A stretch of DNA of 37,314 bases. Source: Planctomycetia bacterium. GTDB taxonomy: Bacteria > Planctomycetota > Planctomycetia > Pirellulales > PALSA-1355. The stretch spans positions 1 through 37,314 of the forward strand of contig JAYVCO010000327.1 of the NCBI GenBank assembly GCA_043749935.1, given 5' to 3'. Position 1 is the first letter of the stretch, and each line of letters starts with the position of its first letter. The notes beneath the pieces were generated by a model. The model worked only from the letters and a program-made list of their open reading frames with translations, was not told the DNA's origin and ran no database searches. Positions 9,352 through 17,243 of the stretch are shown here, piece by piece. The position numbers and the translations under genes were made by a program.

Positions 9352-10155
9352 CTACTCAGGCACTCCCGAGCCACGATGGGCCCACCAGGGAAGCGTAATG
9401 CCGCCGTCGATGAGCAAAGCACTGCCCGTAATATAGTCGCTGGCCGGATCGCAGAGAAACACGACGCCCCGCGCGACCTCGGCGGGCGTCCCCAATCGCT
9501 TCCAAGGTAGTTTGCCCGACGCGTTTTGAATCGTCTCGTCGCTGGCGAACTTTCGTTCGCCCGGCGTGTCGATCCAGCCGGGTGTCACCAGATTGACCCG
9601 AATCTTTTGCTCCACCAGCTCGATGGCAGCGGTCCGGGCCATTTGGTCGATCGCGGCCTTCGAGATGTTGTAGGCCATCGAACGGGGCACCGGCACGTAG
9701 GCATGGGGGGAGCTAATGAGCACGATCGAGCCCGCGCAAGTGTCCCCTGCGGGGCCTTGGGCGATCATTTGCCGGGTGGCTGCCCGCAGCAGGTAAAAGG
9801 CTCCCCACATCGTCACGTCGACCGTGCGACGAAAGCCATCCATGTCGGCCTCATAAAACAGCTCGCGATCGCTGAAGGCCGCGTTGCTGACGGCAATGTC
9901 GAGTCGGCCAAAACTGGCAACCGTTTCCGCGACCATGCGTTCGACCGCCGACTGCTCGGCGACATCCGCTTTGACGAGGACCGCCCGGCCACCCAATCGC
10001 TCGATTTGCTCGACTGCCGCAGTCGCTTCGTGAGGGTCCTGGCGATAGTTAAAGGCAACGCTGGCACCAGCTTCGGCCAGGGCCACTCCAATCGCCAGCC
10101 CGATACCCTGGCTGGCTCCGGTGACGAGCGCCACACGGCCTTTGAGAGGTTCCAC
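9352..10155 (-). CDS. SDR-family oxidoreductase
   Basis: It has the TGASQGIG cofactor motif, the catalytic YNISK (YxxxK) and PGWIDTP. I place the start at GTG 10155 (M-EPLKGRVALVTGAS, the usual SDR N-terminus). The track ORF extends to 10461 through lower-GC, non-coding-looking sequence. Confidence 0.8.
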   Translation of the reverse strand: MEPLKGRVALVTGASQGIGLAIGVALAEAGASVAFNYRQDPHEATAAVEQIERLGGRAVLVKADVAEQSAVERMVAETVASFGRLDIAVSNAAFSDRELFYEADMDGFRRTVDVTMWGAFYLLRAATRQMIAQGPAGDTCAGSIVLISSPHAYVPVPRSMAYNISKAAIDQMARTAAIELVEQKIRVNLVTPGWIDTPGERKFASDETIQNASGKLPWKRLGTPAEVARGVVFLCDPASDYITGSALLIDGGITLPWWAHRGSGVPE

Positions 10156-10715
10156 GGCGTAGTTTCCTTCCAATCTTGGGAACGCGAACCGACAGATCGC
10201 TCCGTATGCTATCGCCGCAAGCGCCAGCGAACAAGCAACGAAGACAGTGAAGAAAATCGTGGTTTGTGGCCTGGTAAAACACTGGACCGATTGCCCTTCG
10301 CGGTTACAATTGATCGCTTCAGAAGGTCGCGTAGATGGGTCCCTAGGCCGCGCGTGCGTGATGTGAAAATGGGAAAGATACGTTGAATAGGTTGAGTATC
10401 GGTCTCGTTTGTCCAGACGTAATTTCTTGCCAAATTTTGAACTTGGCGCTCCGTCCAACAAACGAGTGATAGAATTTGTTGGATTTTGGCCGCCGCTCTA
10501 GGGATAATAGCTTGGATCTAAAGTGCTGGACCCTTACTCCGCGTTTTAGCACGCCGCGTTTTGGCAGGAAGGTTTTTTGTGACCTACCGCGCTCCTGCAG
10601 CACACCAACTATCGTACCTCGTATCGGTTCCTGTCTTTGCACACGCCCTGTCTGTTAACGTTCGACGCTGAAAATCGGACACTCATTTCATTTGGCTCAC
10701 CGTAGGAGTGTTGAC

Positions 10716-12284
10716 TTGTACGACGCATTATTGGACGAATTGGAAGACGATCCGACGCCGCATCAGGAAGAGGCCAGCGAATTATCGGACAAGCCCGCCG
10801 GCGACCTCGATCTGGACGATGATCTAGACGGCGTCGAACTTGGCGCGGATTTGGATCTGGATCTGGATCCCAAGGCTGAAGACCTGTTGGCCGTTGCCGA
10901 GGAAGAAGGCGAATCGTGGTCCGACGACCCGGTGCGCATGTACCTGACGCAGATGGGCGAGATCCCGCTGCTCACGCGGCAGGAAGAAATCTCGCTGGCC
11001 AAGAAAATCGAGATCACGCGCGCTCGCTTTCGCAGCCGCTTGCTCGAGTGCGACTACGTCATTCAAGTCGCGGTCAAGGTGCTGAAGCGCGTGCATGCCG
11101 GCGAGCTTCCGTTCGATCGGACCGTGCAGGTCTCGGTGACCGACCGCTTGGAAAAAGACCAGATTTTGGGCCGCTTTCCGCACAATTTGCGGACCATCGA
11201 CATCCTGCTCAAACAGAACCGCGACGATCACCGGATCGCCAGCAGCAAGTCCTATAAAATGTCGCAGCGTCGCGACGCCTGGCATCGCTTGGGTCGCCGC
11301 CGCCGCCGCGCGGTGAAGTTGGTCGAAGAGCTCGGCTTGCGCACCCAGCGCATCGAGCCGATGATTCGCACGCTGGAAGATTTCAGCCGGCGCGTCGATG
11401 GACTCAAGGCGCAAATCGATGCCCACAAGAAGGCCAAGGGCCCGCTCGCCGAACGCAAGTCCTGGATCATCGAGTATCGCACGATCTTGCGGGCCACGCA
11501 GGAGTCGCCCACCAGCCTGCGCAATCGGGTCATGGGCTTGAAGGTCGTCTATTCGCAATATCAGCAGGCCAAGCGCGGATTGTCGGAAGGCAACTTGCGA
11601 TTGGTCGTGTCGATCGCCAAAAAGTATCGCAACCGCGGGTTGAGCTTCTTGGATTTGATTCAGGAAGGCAACGCCGGTTTGATGCGCGCGGTCGACAAGT
11701 TCGAGTATCGCCGCGGCTTCAAGTTCTGTACCTACGCCACGTGGTGGATTCGCCAGGCGATCACTCGGGCGGTGGCCGATCAGAGCCGCACGATCCGGAT
11801 TCCGGTCCACATGGTCGAGACGATGTCGCGCGTGCGGAACGTTTCGCGCCAGTTGCTGCAAGAGTTGGGTCGCGAGCCGACGATCGAAGAGACCGCCAAA
11901 GCCGCCGGCACGGCCGTCGACGAGGCCCGTCGCGTGTTGGCCATGAGCCGCTACCCGATCAGCCTCGATCGGCCGGTGGGCAACAGCGAAGACAGCCATT
12001 TCGGCGACTTATTGCCCGATTCGGGTGCTGAAAACCCGGCCATCGGCGCCGCGCAAGAGATGTTGCGCGGCCGGATTGCCAAGGTGCTCAAAACGCTCAG
12101 CTACCGCGAGCGCGAGATCATCAAGCTCCGCTACGGTTTGGGCGACGGTTACAGCTATACGCTCGAAGAAGTGGGCCACATTTTCAAAGTGACCCGCGAG
12201 CGCATCCGCCAGATCGAAGCCAAGGCCGTCCGGAAACTCCAACAGCCCAGCCGCAGCCAAGAGCTAGTCGGGTTCTTGGATTAA
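10716..12284 (+). CDS. rpoD: Primary RNA polymerase sigma-70 factor RpoD
   Basis: Motifs seen: [32 protein letters not shown] (region 2.4) and [27 protein letters not shown] (region 4.2), with an acidic region 1.1. The track starts the ORF at TTG 10692. The in-frame TTG at 10716 sits 7 nt after AGGAG (10704-10708), so I prefer it. Confidence 0.9.
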   Translation: MYDALLDELEDDPTPHQEEASELSDKPAGDLDLDDDLDGVELGADLDLDLDPKAEDLLAVAEEEGESWSDDPVRMYLTQMGEIPLLTRQEEISLAKKIEITRARFRSRLLECDYVIQVAVKVLKRVHAGELPFDRTVQVSVTDRLEKDQILGRFPHNLRTIDILLKQNRDDHRIASSKSYKMSQRRDAWHRLGRRRRRAVKLVEELGLRTQRIEPMIRTLEDFSRRVDGLKAQIDAHKKAKGPLAERKSWIIEYRTILRATQESPTSLRNRVMGLKVVYSQYQQAKRGLSEGNLRLVVSIAKKYRNRGLSFLDLIQEGNAGLMRAVDKFEYRRGFKFCTYATWWIRQAITRAVADQSRTIRIPVHMVETMSRVRNVSRQLLQELGREPTIEETAKAAGTAVDEARRVLAMSRYPISLDRPVGNSEDSHFGDLLPDSGAENPAIGAAQEMLRGRIAKVLKTLSYREREIIKLRYGLGDGYSYTLEEVGHIFKVTRERIRQIEAKAVRKLQQPSRSQELVGFLD

Positions 12285-12319
12285 GCGACGCGTCGCTGAC
12301 CGTTAAGAAGTAACAACTC

Positions 12320-12357
12320 GCGAGCTGGACGACTTATTCGTCCAGCTCGCTTTTTTT
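12320..12357 (+). terminator. Rho-independent terminator of rpoD
   Basis: A 13-bp perfect stem pairs gcgagctggacga (12320-12332) with tcgtccagctcgc (12338-12350). The loop is cttat and a T7 run follows (12351-12357). Confidence 0.85.
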
Positions 12358-12468
12358 GGTAGGTCACTGCCCATCTACAAAACTAACGTTTGGTGGTCGA
12401 TATAACCGGAAAACTACCTTTCCCAATCGGCTGTTTTTTCATGCATGAGCGAAGAGTAGAATCAGGGC

Positions 12469-12678
12469 ATGAAACTAAAACCGCGAATAACGGTTGGGGT
12501 CGTCTTTGCAGGCATTCTTGGATTCTTGGCAGGCATGTTGGCTTTCGCCATCAAGGGTTCCGTCACAGATTCACGAGATGCAGTGCGGTGGGCTGGGGAA
12601 AAAATGGAACTACGCCAAGAAATCTTTGCCCTCAAGGATCAAATCGAGGCTATGAAGGCGGAAACGGGCGACCGATGA
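12469..12678 (+). CDS. Small single-pass membrane protein with a coiled-coil tail (hypothetical)
   Basis: 69 aa. The TM helix is ITVGVVFAGILGFLAGMLAFAI and the tail has a heptad-like pattern (ELRQEIFALKDQIEAMKAE). I recognise no family. Confidence 0.45.
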   Translation: MKLKPRITVGVVFAGILGFLAGMLAFAIKGSVTDSRDAVRWAGEKMELRQEIFALKDQIEAMKAETGDR

Positions 12679-12720
12679 AAAACTGTTCAAATGATGTCAC
12701 TACCTTTTTCCTCAGGCAGT

Positions 12721-12749
12721 TTGACAAACCCAACCTCTACTGCTAGATT
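12721..12749 (+). promoter_or_regulatory. Sigma-70-type promoter with an extended -10, driving the B12 riboswitch leader
   Basis: TTGACA (12721-12726), a 17-nt spacer ending in TGC, then TAGATT (12744-12749). It lies about 12 nt upstream of the riboswitch P1 stem. Confidence 0.5.
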
Positions 12750-12760
12750 GCCCGCCTAGC

Positions 12761-12966
12761 GTGTGTTGGTGGTCGGAGGCTTCTCTCTTGAAGTGTCCGA
12801 CAAACAGGGAACTCCGGTGCAATTCCGGGACGGCCCCGCCGCTGTAACCGAGTGTCAAGGGAAGCTGATTCGTGCCATTGTCTGCCCGGGTCGCCGCAAG
12901 GTGAACCGACGCCGACGAGAAGGCCAGCCCAGCCCGAACTCGGGAGTCAGAAGACCTACCAACACG
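12761..12966 (+). promoter_or_regulatory. Cobalamin (adenosylcobalamin/B12) riboswitch, Rfam RF00174-like
   Basis: The core cagggaactccggtgcaattccgggacggccccgccgctgtaacc matches the conserved AGGGAA..GGTG.AA.TCC...CCCGCC.CTGTAA core. A gccattg element is present. The B12 box agtcagaagacctacc lies at 12945-12960. The closing P1 helix pairs gtgttggt (12763-12770) with accaacac (12958-12965). Confidence 0.85.
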
Positions 12967-13163
12967 TTGATCGGTGGCTCGCCGCGAGGGACGGGGGCCG
13001 CAGAGTGTTTGTTGGCCTTAGGACGCCGCTAATCGTTCGCTCTTGCTCTCGTTGACCACTCGAACCCGGGTCATGCGCGCTGGCTCTTTGCGCCCGCTGC
13101 ACGCACCCCCTCGGTTTCTGTCTCGACGTTGGCACGCGCGAACCGTGTGCGCTTGAACGACCC

Positions 13164-14051
13164 GTGACGAAACAGCATCCCGCACTTTGCCGCCTGCGCT
13201 CTCGAGCTTTCACGCTCGTCGAGCTGCTGGTCGTGATCGCCATCATCGGCGTGCTCGTGGCGATATTGCTACCGGCCATTCAGCAATCGCGCGAGAGCGC
13301 CCGGCGTAGTAGCTGCGCCAATAATCTGCGGCAGATCGGCATCGGCCTGTTGGCCTATCACGATGCCATCGGCACTTTTCCGCCCGGCCTGATCGACGGC
13401 CGCACGGGCCACAACCCTCACGGCAAGCAGCACGCCTGGTCGATCTTCTTGCTGCCGTTCATCGAAGAGACGAGCATCTCGGGTCGGTTTGATCTGAACT
13501 TCGCCTACGACAGCCAGCAAAACCGCGCAGGCGGCGGCACCGTGCTATCGATTTACAATTGCCCCAGCACTTCGACCTTGGCCTCCGACCGCAAGGGTGA
13601 CACGACCGGCGACATGAATGGCAATGGGCAGTGGGATCCGGGAGACGACTTGGCATTCACCGATTACGGCGGCAATTTCGGCTTCTCAGGTTTGAACAAG
13701 CCGTACATGAACGGCGTGCTGCTGTATGAAAAACCAATTGCGATCGGCCAGATCCGCGACGGCACCTCGCACACGATCATCGTCTCGGAAGACACCGGCC
13801 GCGGGCCCGCCTTCGACGGCCAATGGGCCAACGGCCAGAACATTTTCGACCAATCGGGCCCCATCAACGATCGCACGTCGCCGCCCTACTTGTGGGCCAA
13901 CAACGAAATGTGGAGCGATCATCCCGGCGGGATCAACGCCCTGATGTGCGACGGCTCGGTGCACTTTTTGTTCGAACAGATGGACCTCGACACGTTGGCA
14001 GCGATTTGCACGCGCGCCAGTGAAGAAGTGCTCGATGGCAGCGCATTTTGA
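13164..14051 (+). CDS. DUF1559 / H-X9-DG protein with a type IV pilin-like (prepilin) N-terminal domain
   Basis: The N-terminus is RAFTLVELLVVIAIIGVLVAILLPAIQQSRESARRSSCANNLRQIG, a prepilin cleavage/methylation motif plus the DUF1559 signature. The C-terminus is HPGGINALMCDG (H-X9-DG). The start is GTG, because an upstream in-frame stop at 13152 limits extension. Confidence 0.9.
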   Translation: MTKQHPALCRLRSRAFTLVELLVVIAIIGVLVAILLPAIQQSRESARRSSCANNLRQIGIGLLAYHDAIGTFPPGLIDGRTGHNPHGKQHAWSIFLLPFIEETSISGRFDLNFAYDSQQNRAGGGTVLSIYNCPSTSTLASDRKGDTTGDMNGNGQWDPGDDLAFTDYGGNFGFSGLNKPYMNGVLLYEKPIAIGQIRDGTSHTIIVSEDTGRGPAFDGQWANGQNIFDQSGPINDRTSPPYLWANNEMWSDHPGGINALMCDGSVHFLFEQMDLDTLAAICTRASEEVLDGSAF

Positions 14052-14061
14052 AACACGACCC

Positions 14062-15204
14062 ATGAACTATCCAAACCCGACTTCAAACTTATTCAGCAGG
14101 TCTCACATGACGAACAATGTAACGACGAGCAAGTTGACCGACGCTGGCCCCAAGAATCGAAAGGCTTTCTCTGCCGCCTCGAAGGTCGCTCTCGGCGGCG
14201 TAGCGGTTGTCTTCACGATTTTGTCATCGACCGCGGCAGGAGCGCAAGTTCCGCTGCCCGCGGCGCCAATCACGATCACGTTTCCCAATCCCACTTCGCC
14301 CAACGTGCCGCCGTTTTCCACGGTTTCGGCCACTTTCGGCCCCAGCGACGGTTTGCTGTATGTGTGGGATGGAGTGAGCGTGTTGAAAGAGAGTGCATCC
14401 GGGACCAGCGTGTTCAATCCGTTTGGTTCGGTGCCCAACACGAACAGCTCGGACCCCGGACCAATCAGTTTTTCGAGCGACGGCAATCAAATCTTGCTGG
14501 GCAATGGCGCGGGCGGCAACCTGGGCGGAACGTTCAATGGCATGATGTTCGTGATGCCGAAAACCGGCGGCGCCGTTTCAGCGCCGGTCGGCGGCACTGC
14601 CCCTTGGCACGACGCGTTTGTCGCCAGCCCGCTTTCCGCCAGCCAATTCTTCATCAACCAGGGCAACGCAAGTTTTAGCGCCAGCAGCGTTTCGCGATAT
14701 GACTTGACCTCCGACATCGTCAAGAGCGTCATTCAAAACATTCCTGGCGCGGGCGCTTCGATGGCGGTTCAGAATGGACTACTCTACGCGGACATCGGAT
14801 ACGGGCCCCAACAGGGCGAGATTCGCAGCTTCGCATTGACGCAACTGAATACCGCGGCCGCGAATAATTCTCCGCTGGAATGGACTGCCGGAACGCTCTT
14901 CAACTCGCTGAACAACAACAGTGGGGCCGGAATGTTTTTCGACCAGCGGAGGTTCCTGTTCGTCGGCGGCGGCGATGGAGTCACCGTGTTCGACACGATT
15001 GGTAATAGCCGGCTGTACACGAACAACGGCTACTCGGCCGTGACCTACGATTCGCATAACAATGCCGTGCTGGTCACTGGCTATGGCGACCACCAGGGAA
15101 TTTATCCCGCGTCGATTTTTACTGTTCCCGAGCCAAGCACCGCTGCGTTAGCACTGGTCGGCCTGCTCTTGCTTCCGCTGCGCCGCCGAATGCGGCGTCG
15201 TTAA
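14062..15204 (+). CDS. PEP-CTERM-anchored secreted protein, possibly beta-propeller-like
   Basis: The C-terminus is VPEPSTAALALVGLLLLPLRRRMRRR (PEP motif, TM helix, Arg cluster). The signal region is VALGGVAVVFTILSSTAAGAQ. The start is uncertain (GTG 14020, ATG 14035, 14062 or 14107). Strand-then-Gly/Asp motifs recur: LLYVWDG, ILLGNG, LLYADIGYG, LFVGGGDG and VLVTGYG. Confidence 0.8.
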   Translation: MNYPNPTSNLFSRSHMTNNVTTSKLTDAGPKNRKAFSAASKVALGGVAVVFTILSSTAAGAQVPLPAAPITITFPNPTSPNVPPFSTVSATFGPSDGLLYVWDGVSVLKESASGTSVFNPFGSVPNTNSSDPGPISFSSDGNQILLGNGAGGNLGGTFNGMMFVMPKTGGAVSAPVGGTAPWHDAFVASPLSASQFFINQGNASFSASSVSRYDLTSDIVKSVIQNIPGAGASMAVQNGLLYADIGYGPQQGEIRSFALTQLNTAAANNSPLEWTAGTLFNSLNNNSGAGMFFDQRRFLFVGGGDGVTVFDTIGNSRLYTNNGYSAVTYDSHNNAVLVTGYGDHQGIYPASIFTVPEPSTAALALVGLLLLPLRRRMRRR

Positions 15205-15361
15205 AGGCGGCTTTGGCCGCTGATCATTTAGAGTTTCGTCGCCGAGATCACAAAAAAAGATCGAACGCGATGTCCGCTCGCGGTGCGCGCACAACGAGCG
15301 GATGAGCGTGTCTTGAGCGCCAGATTTTTCCATCCTTCTTGAACCTGCGAGGACTCGACTA

Positions 15362-16270
15362 ATGCACGTTTCGATACTATCGGCAACGCTGGCAATCCTG
15401 TTGGTGGCCCAAGCCTCGGCCGGCCCTTATGCTCCGCCCGCCGGGCAGCCCGGCTCGACCGCGATTCCCAACTCCAGCCCCTCGATTGTCGAGTGGGCCA
15501 GCGGGTTTCAAAACCTGATTCGCGGGCCGATGGACATTGCCAATCCAGCGGGCGGGCTCGCTTCGTTCGGAACCGGCAACGAGGCGCTGGCCGTCGCCGA
15601 CGGCAATTCGTTGCACGTGGTCAGCCTCGGCGATCGTGGACAAATCACGCTCAGCTTCGACCGGCCGATCGCCGATGGTCCGGGCGCGGATCTGGCGGTG
15701 TTCGAGAACAGTTTTAGCGACAGCTTTTTGGAACTGGCGGTCGTCGAAGTTAGCACCAACGGAACAGACTTCTTGCGATTTCCGGCCGTCTCGCTCACGC
15801 AAACCACGACCCAAGTCGGCGGGTTCAGCTCGCTCGACGCCACAAACCTCGACAACCTGGCGGGCAAGTATCGCGGTGGATTTGGCACTCCCTTCGACCT
15901 GCACCAGCTCGCCGGCCTGTCGCCCAACGTCGACGTCAACCAGATCCATTTTGTGCGAATCATCGACGTCGTCGGCTCGATCAATCCAAGTTTGGGGACG
16001 CAAGACTCGTTGGGCAATATGATCAATGATCCTTACCCCACCGCGTCGGCCAGCGGCGGCTTCGACCTGGACGGTGTCGGCGTGATCAACGTGGTGCCCG
16101 AGCCAGCCACGCTGACGCTGTTGGCGGTCGGTTTTGTGCTGGCCTGTGGATTTCGCAGGCGCCGCCGCGCGTTGACAGTCGGGGCCTTGGCTGTGTCCAA
16201 TCGAGCCAGCCTCGATTTACAACATAGCTGGTCGAAACAACCCTCTAATGAGTTCTCCGCAGGAACATAA
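15362..16270 (+). CDS. PEP-CTERM-anchored secreted protein with an unusual 33-aa tail after the Arg cluster
   Basis: The signal peptide is MHVSILSATLAILLVAQASAGP. The PEP-CTERM motif is VVPEPATLTLLAVGFVLACGFRRRRR. The body contains GADLAVFENSFSDSFLELAVVEVSTNGTDF. The 3' end overlaps the next gene by 23 nt. Confidence 0.8.
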   Translation: MHVSILSATLAILLVAQASAGPYAPPAGQPGSTAIPNSSPSIVEWASGFQNLIRGPMDIANPAGGLASFGTGNEALAVADGNSLHVVSLGDRGQITLSFDRPIADGPGADLAVFENSFSDSFLELAVVEVSTNGTDFLRFPAVSLTQTTTQVGGFSSLDATNLDNLAGKYRGGFGTPFDLHQLAGLSPNVDVNQIHFVRIIDVVGSINPSLGTQDSLGNMINDPYPTASASGGFDLDGVGVINVVPEPATLTLLAVGFVLACGFRRRRRALTVGALAVSNRASLDLQHSWSKQPSNEFSAGT

Positions 16271-17051
16271 CCGCAAGGCGTGGGACGCGCGCGTGCGCGC
16301 TTCTGCACGTTTTACGCAGCCTGCCGCCGATGAGGATTTTCGCAATCCACTGGCCGTCGTCGATGGGCCGGGTTGGTTGGGCCGCACGATCGCGGGCCGG
16401 CGGCTCTTGTGTCTGGCCAGCGGCGGCGGACGCCAAAGCGCGCTGTACGCCGCCGCCGGAGCGCTGGTGACGGTCGTCGACATCAGCGCCGAAATGTTGG
16501 CGCTCGATCGTGCTGTGGCTGCGGAGCGTGGACTGGAGCTGCGGACGATCGAAGCGTCGATGGACGACCTGACCGCGCTTCAACCAGCGAGCTTCGAAAT
16601 TGTGATTCAGCCGGTCAGCACTTGCTACGTGCCCAACGTGGTGGAAGTCTATCGCCAGGTTGCCAGGGTGATGGTGCCGGGCGGGCTGTACATCAGCCAA
16701 CACAAGCAGCCAGCCAGTTTGCAAGCGGCCGTCGACCCGACTGCGCGGCGCGGATACGAGTTGATCGAGCCTTACTATCGTAGCGGTCCGCTGCCGAGCG
16801 TGGTCGGCAGTCCTCATCGCGAGCCGGGCACGGTCGAGTTTTTGCATCGCTGGGAAGAGCTGTTGGGCGGAATGTGTCGCGCCGGCTTTGCCATCGAAGA
16901 CCTGCTCGAACCCTTGCACGCCGACGACCAGGCCGAAGTCGGCAGCTTTGCGCACCGCAGCCGCTATGTGGCACCCTACGTACGCATCAAAGCCCGGCGA
17001 AACAATAACGCCCCCAAGGAAAACTCGGCCGCCAAGGTCTGGCTGCCGTGA
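16248..17051 (+). CDS. Class I SAM-dependent methyltransferase
   Basis: Motif I is LCLASGGGRQSALYAAAGALVTVVDIS. An acidic loop and VPGGLYIS follow it. The N-terminus is NRKAWDARV. 267 aa. Confidence 0.8.
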   Translation: MSSPQEHNRKAWDARVRASARFTQPAADEDFRNPLAVVDGPGWLGRTIAGRRLLCLASGGGRQSALYAAAGALVTVVDISAEMLALDRAVAAERGLELRTIEASMDDLTALQPASFEIVIQPVSTCYVPNVVEVYRQVARVMVPGGLYISQHKQPASLQAAVDPTARRGYELIEPYYRSGPLPSVVGSPHREPGTVEFLHRWEELLGGMCRAGFAIEDLLEPLHADDQAEVGSFAHRSRYVAPYVRIKARRNNNAPKENSAAKVWLP

Positions 17052-17054
17052 GGA

Positions 17055-17145
17055 ATAGTGGTTAGTGGTTGGTGGATAGTGGTTAGCACAAAGGCAAAAG
17101 AACTGCATTTTCCCTAATCCCGAATCCCTAGTCCCCAACCCCTAT
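17055..17145 (+). repeat. Long imperfect G-U-rich hairpin with an internal direct repeat, in the methyltransferase-aroE spacer
   Basis: A 32-nt G/T-rich arm (17055-17086, with atagtggttag twice) faces a 32-nt C/A-rich arm (17114-17145). A hand pairing gives about 20 Watson-Crick and 5 G-U pairs, on the plus strand only. Confidence 0.4.
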
Positions 17146-17243
17146 TTCGCCGGCCGTTGCATTCCTTCCCGCGCTCGATCAAGATAGACGCACACTTGCT
17201 GACTGCCCAAAAGCCTCGAAAAATCCTCTGAGAAACCGCGTCC

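Noticed and set aside
10156-10461. N-terminal 100-aa extension of the SDR ORF, including a hydrophobic stretch
   Set aside because: The extension has lower GC and an odd composition. The canonical SDR N-terminus starts at GTG 10155, and no plausible start codon precedes the hydrophobic segment.
10847-10870. Tandem GGATYT hexamers (ggatttggatctggatctggatcc)
   Set aside because: This is simply the coding sequence of the acidic DLDLDLD tract in rpoD region 1.1. It is not a CRISPR or regulatory repeat.
10824-11999. 391-aa minus-strand ORF
   Set aside because: It is antisense to rpoD, whose sigma-70 motifs are unambiguous.
12390-12746. 118-aa ORF overlapping the small membrane-protein gene
   Set aside because: Its composition is implausible (Cys/His/Arg/Trp-rich). 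The 69-aa frame at 12469..12678 has a clean TM helix and coiled coil.
12763-13055. Track ORFs 12763..13032 and 12852..13055
   Set aside because: They lie on the cobalamin riboswitch aptamer and its leader. They have no coding features.
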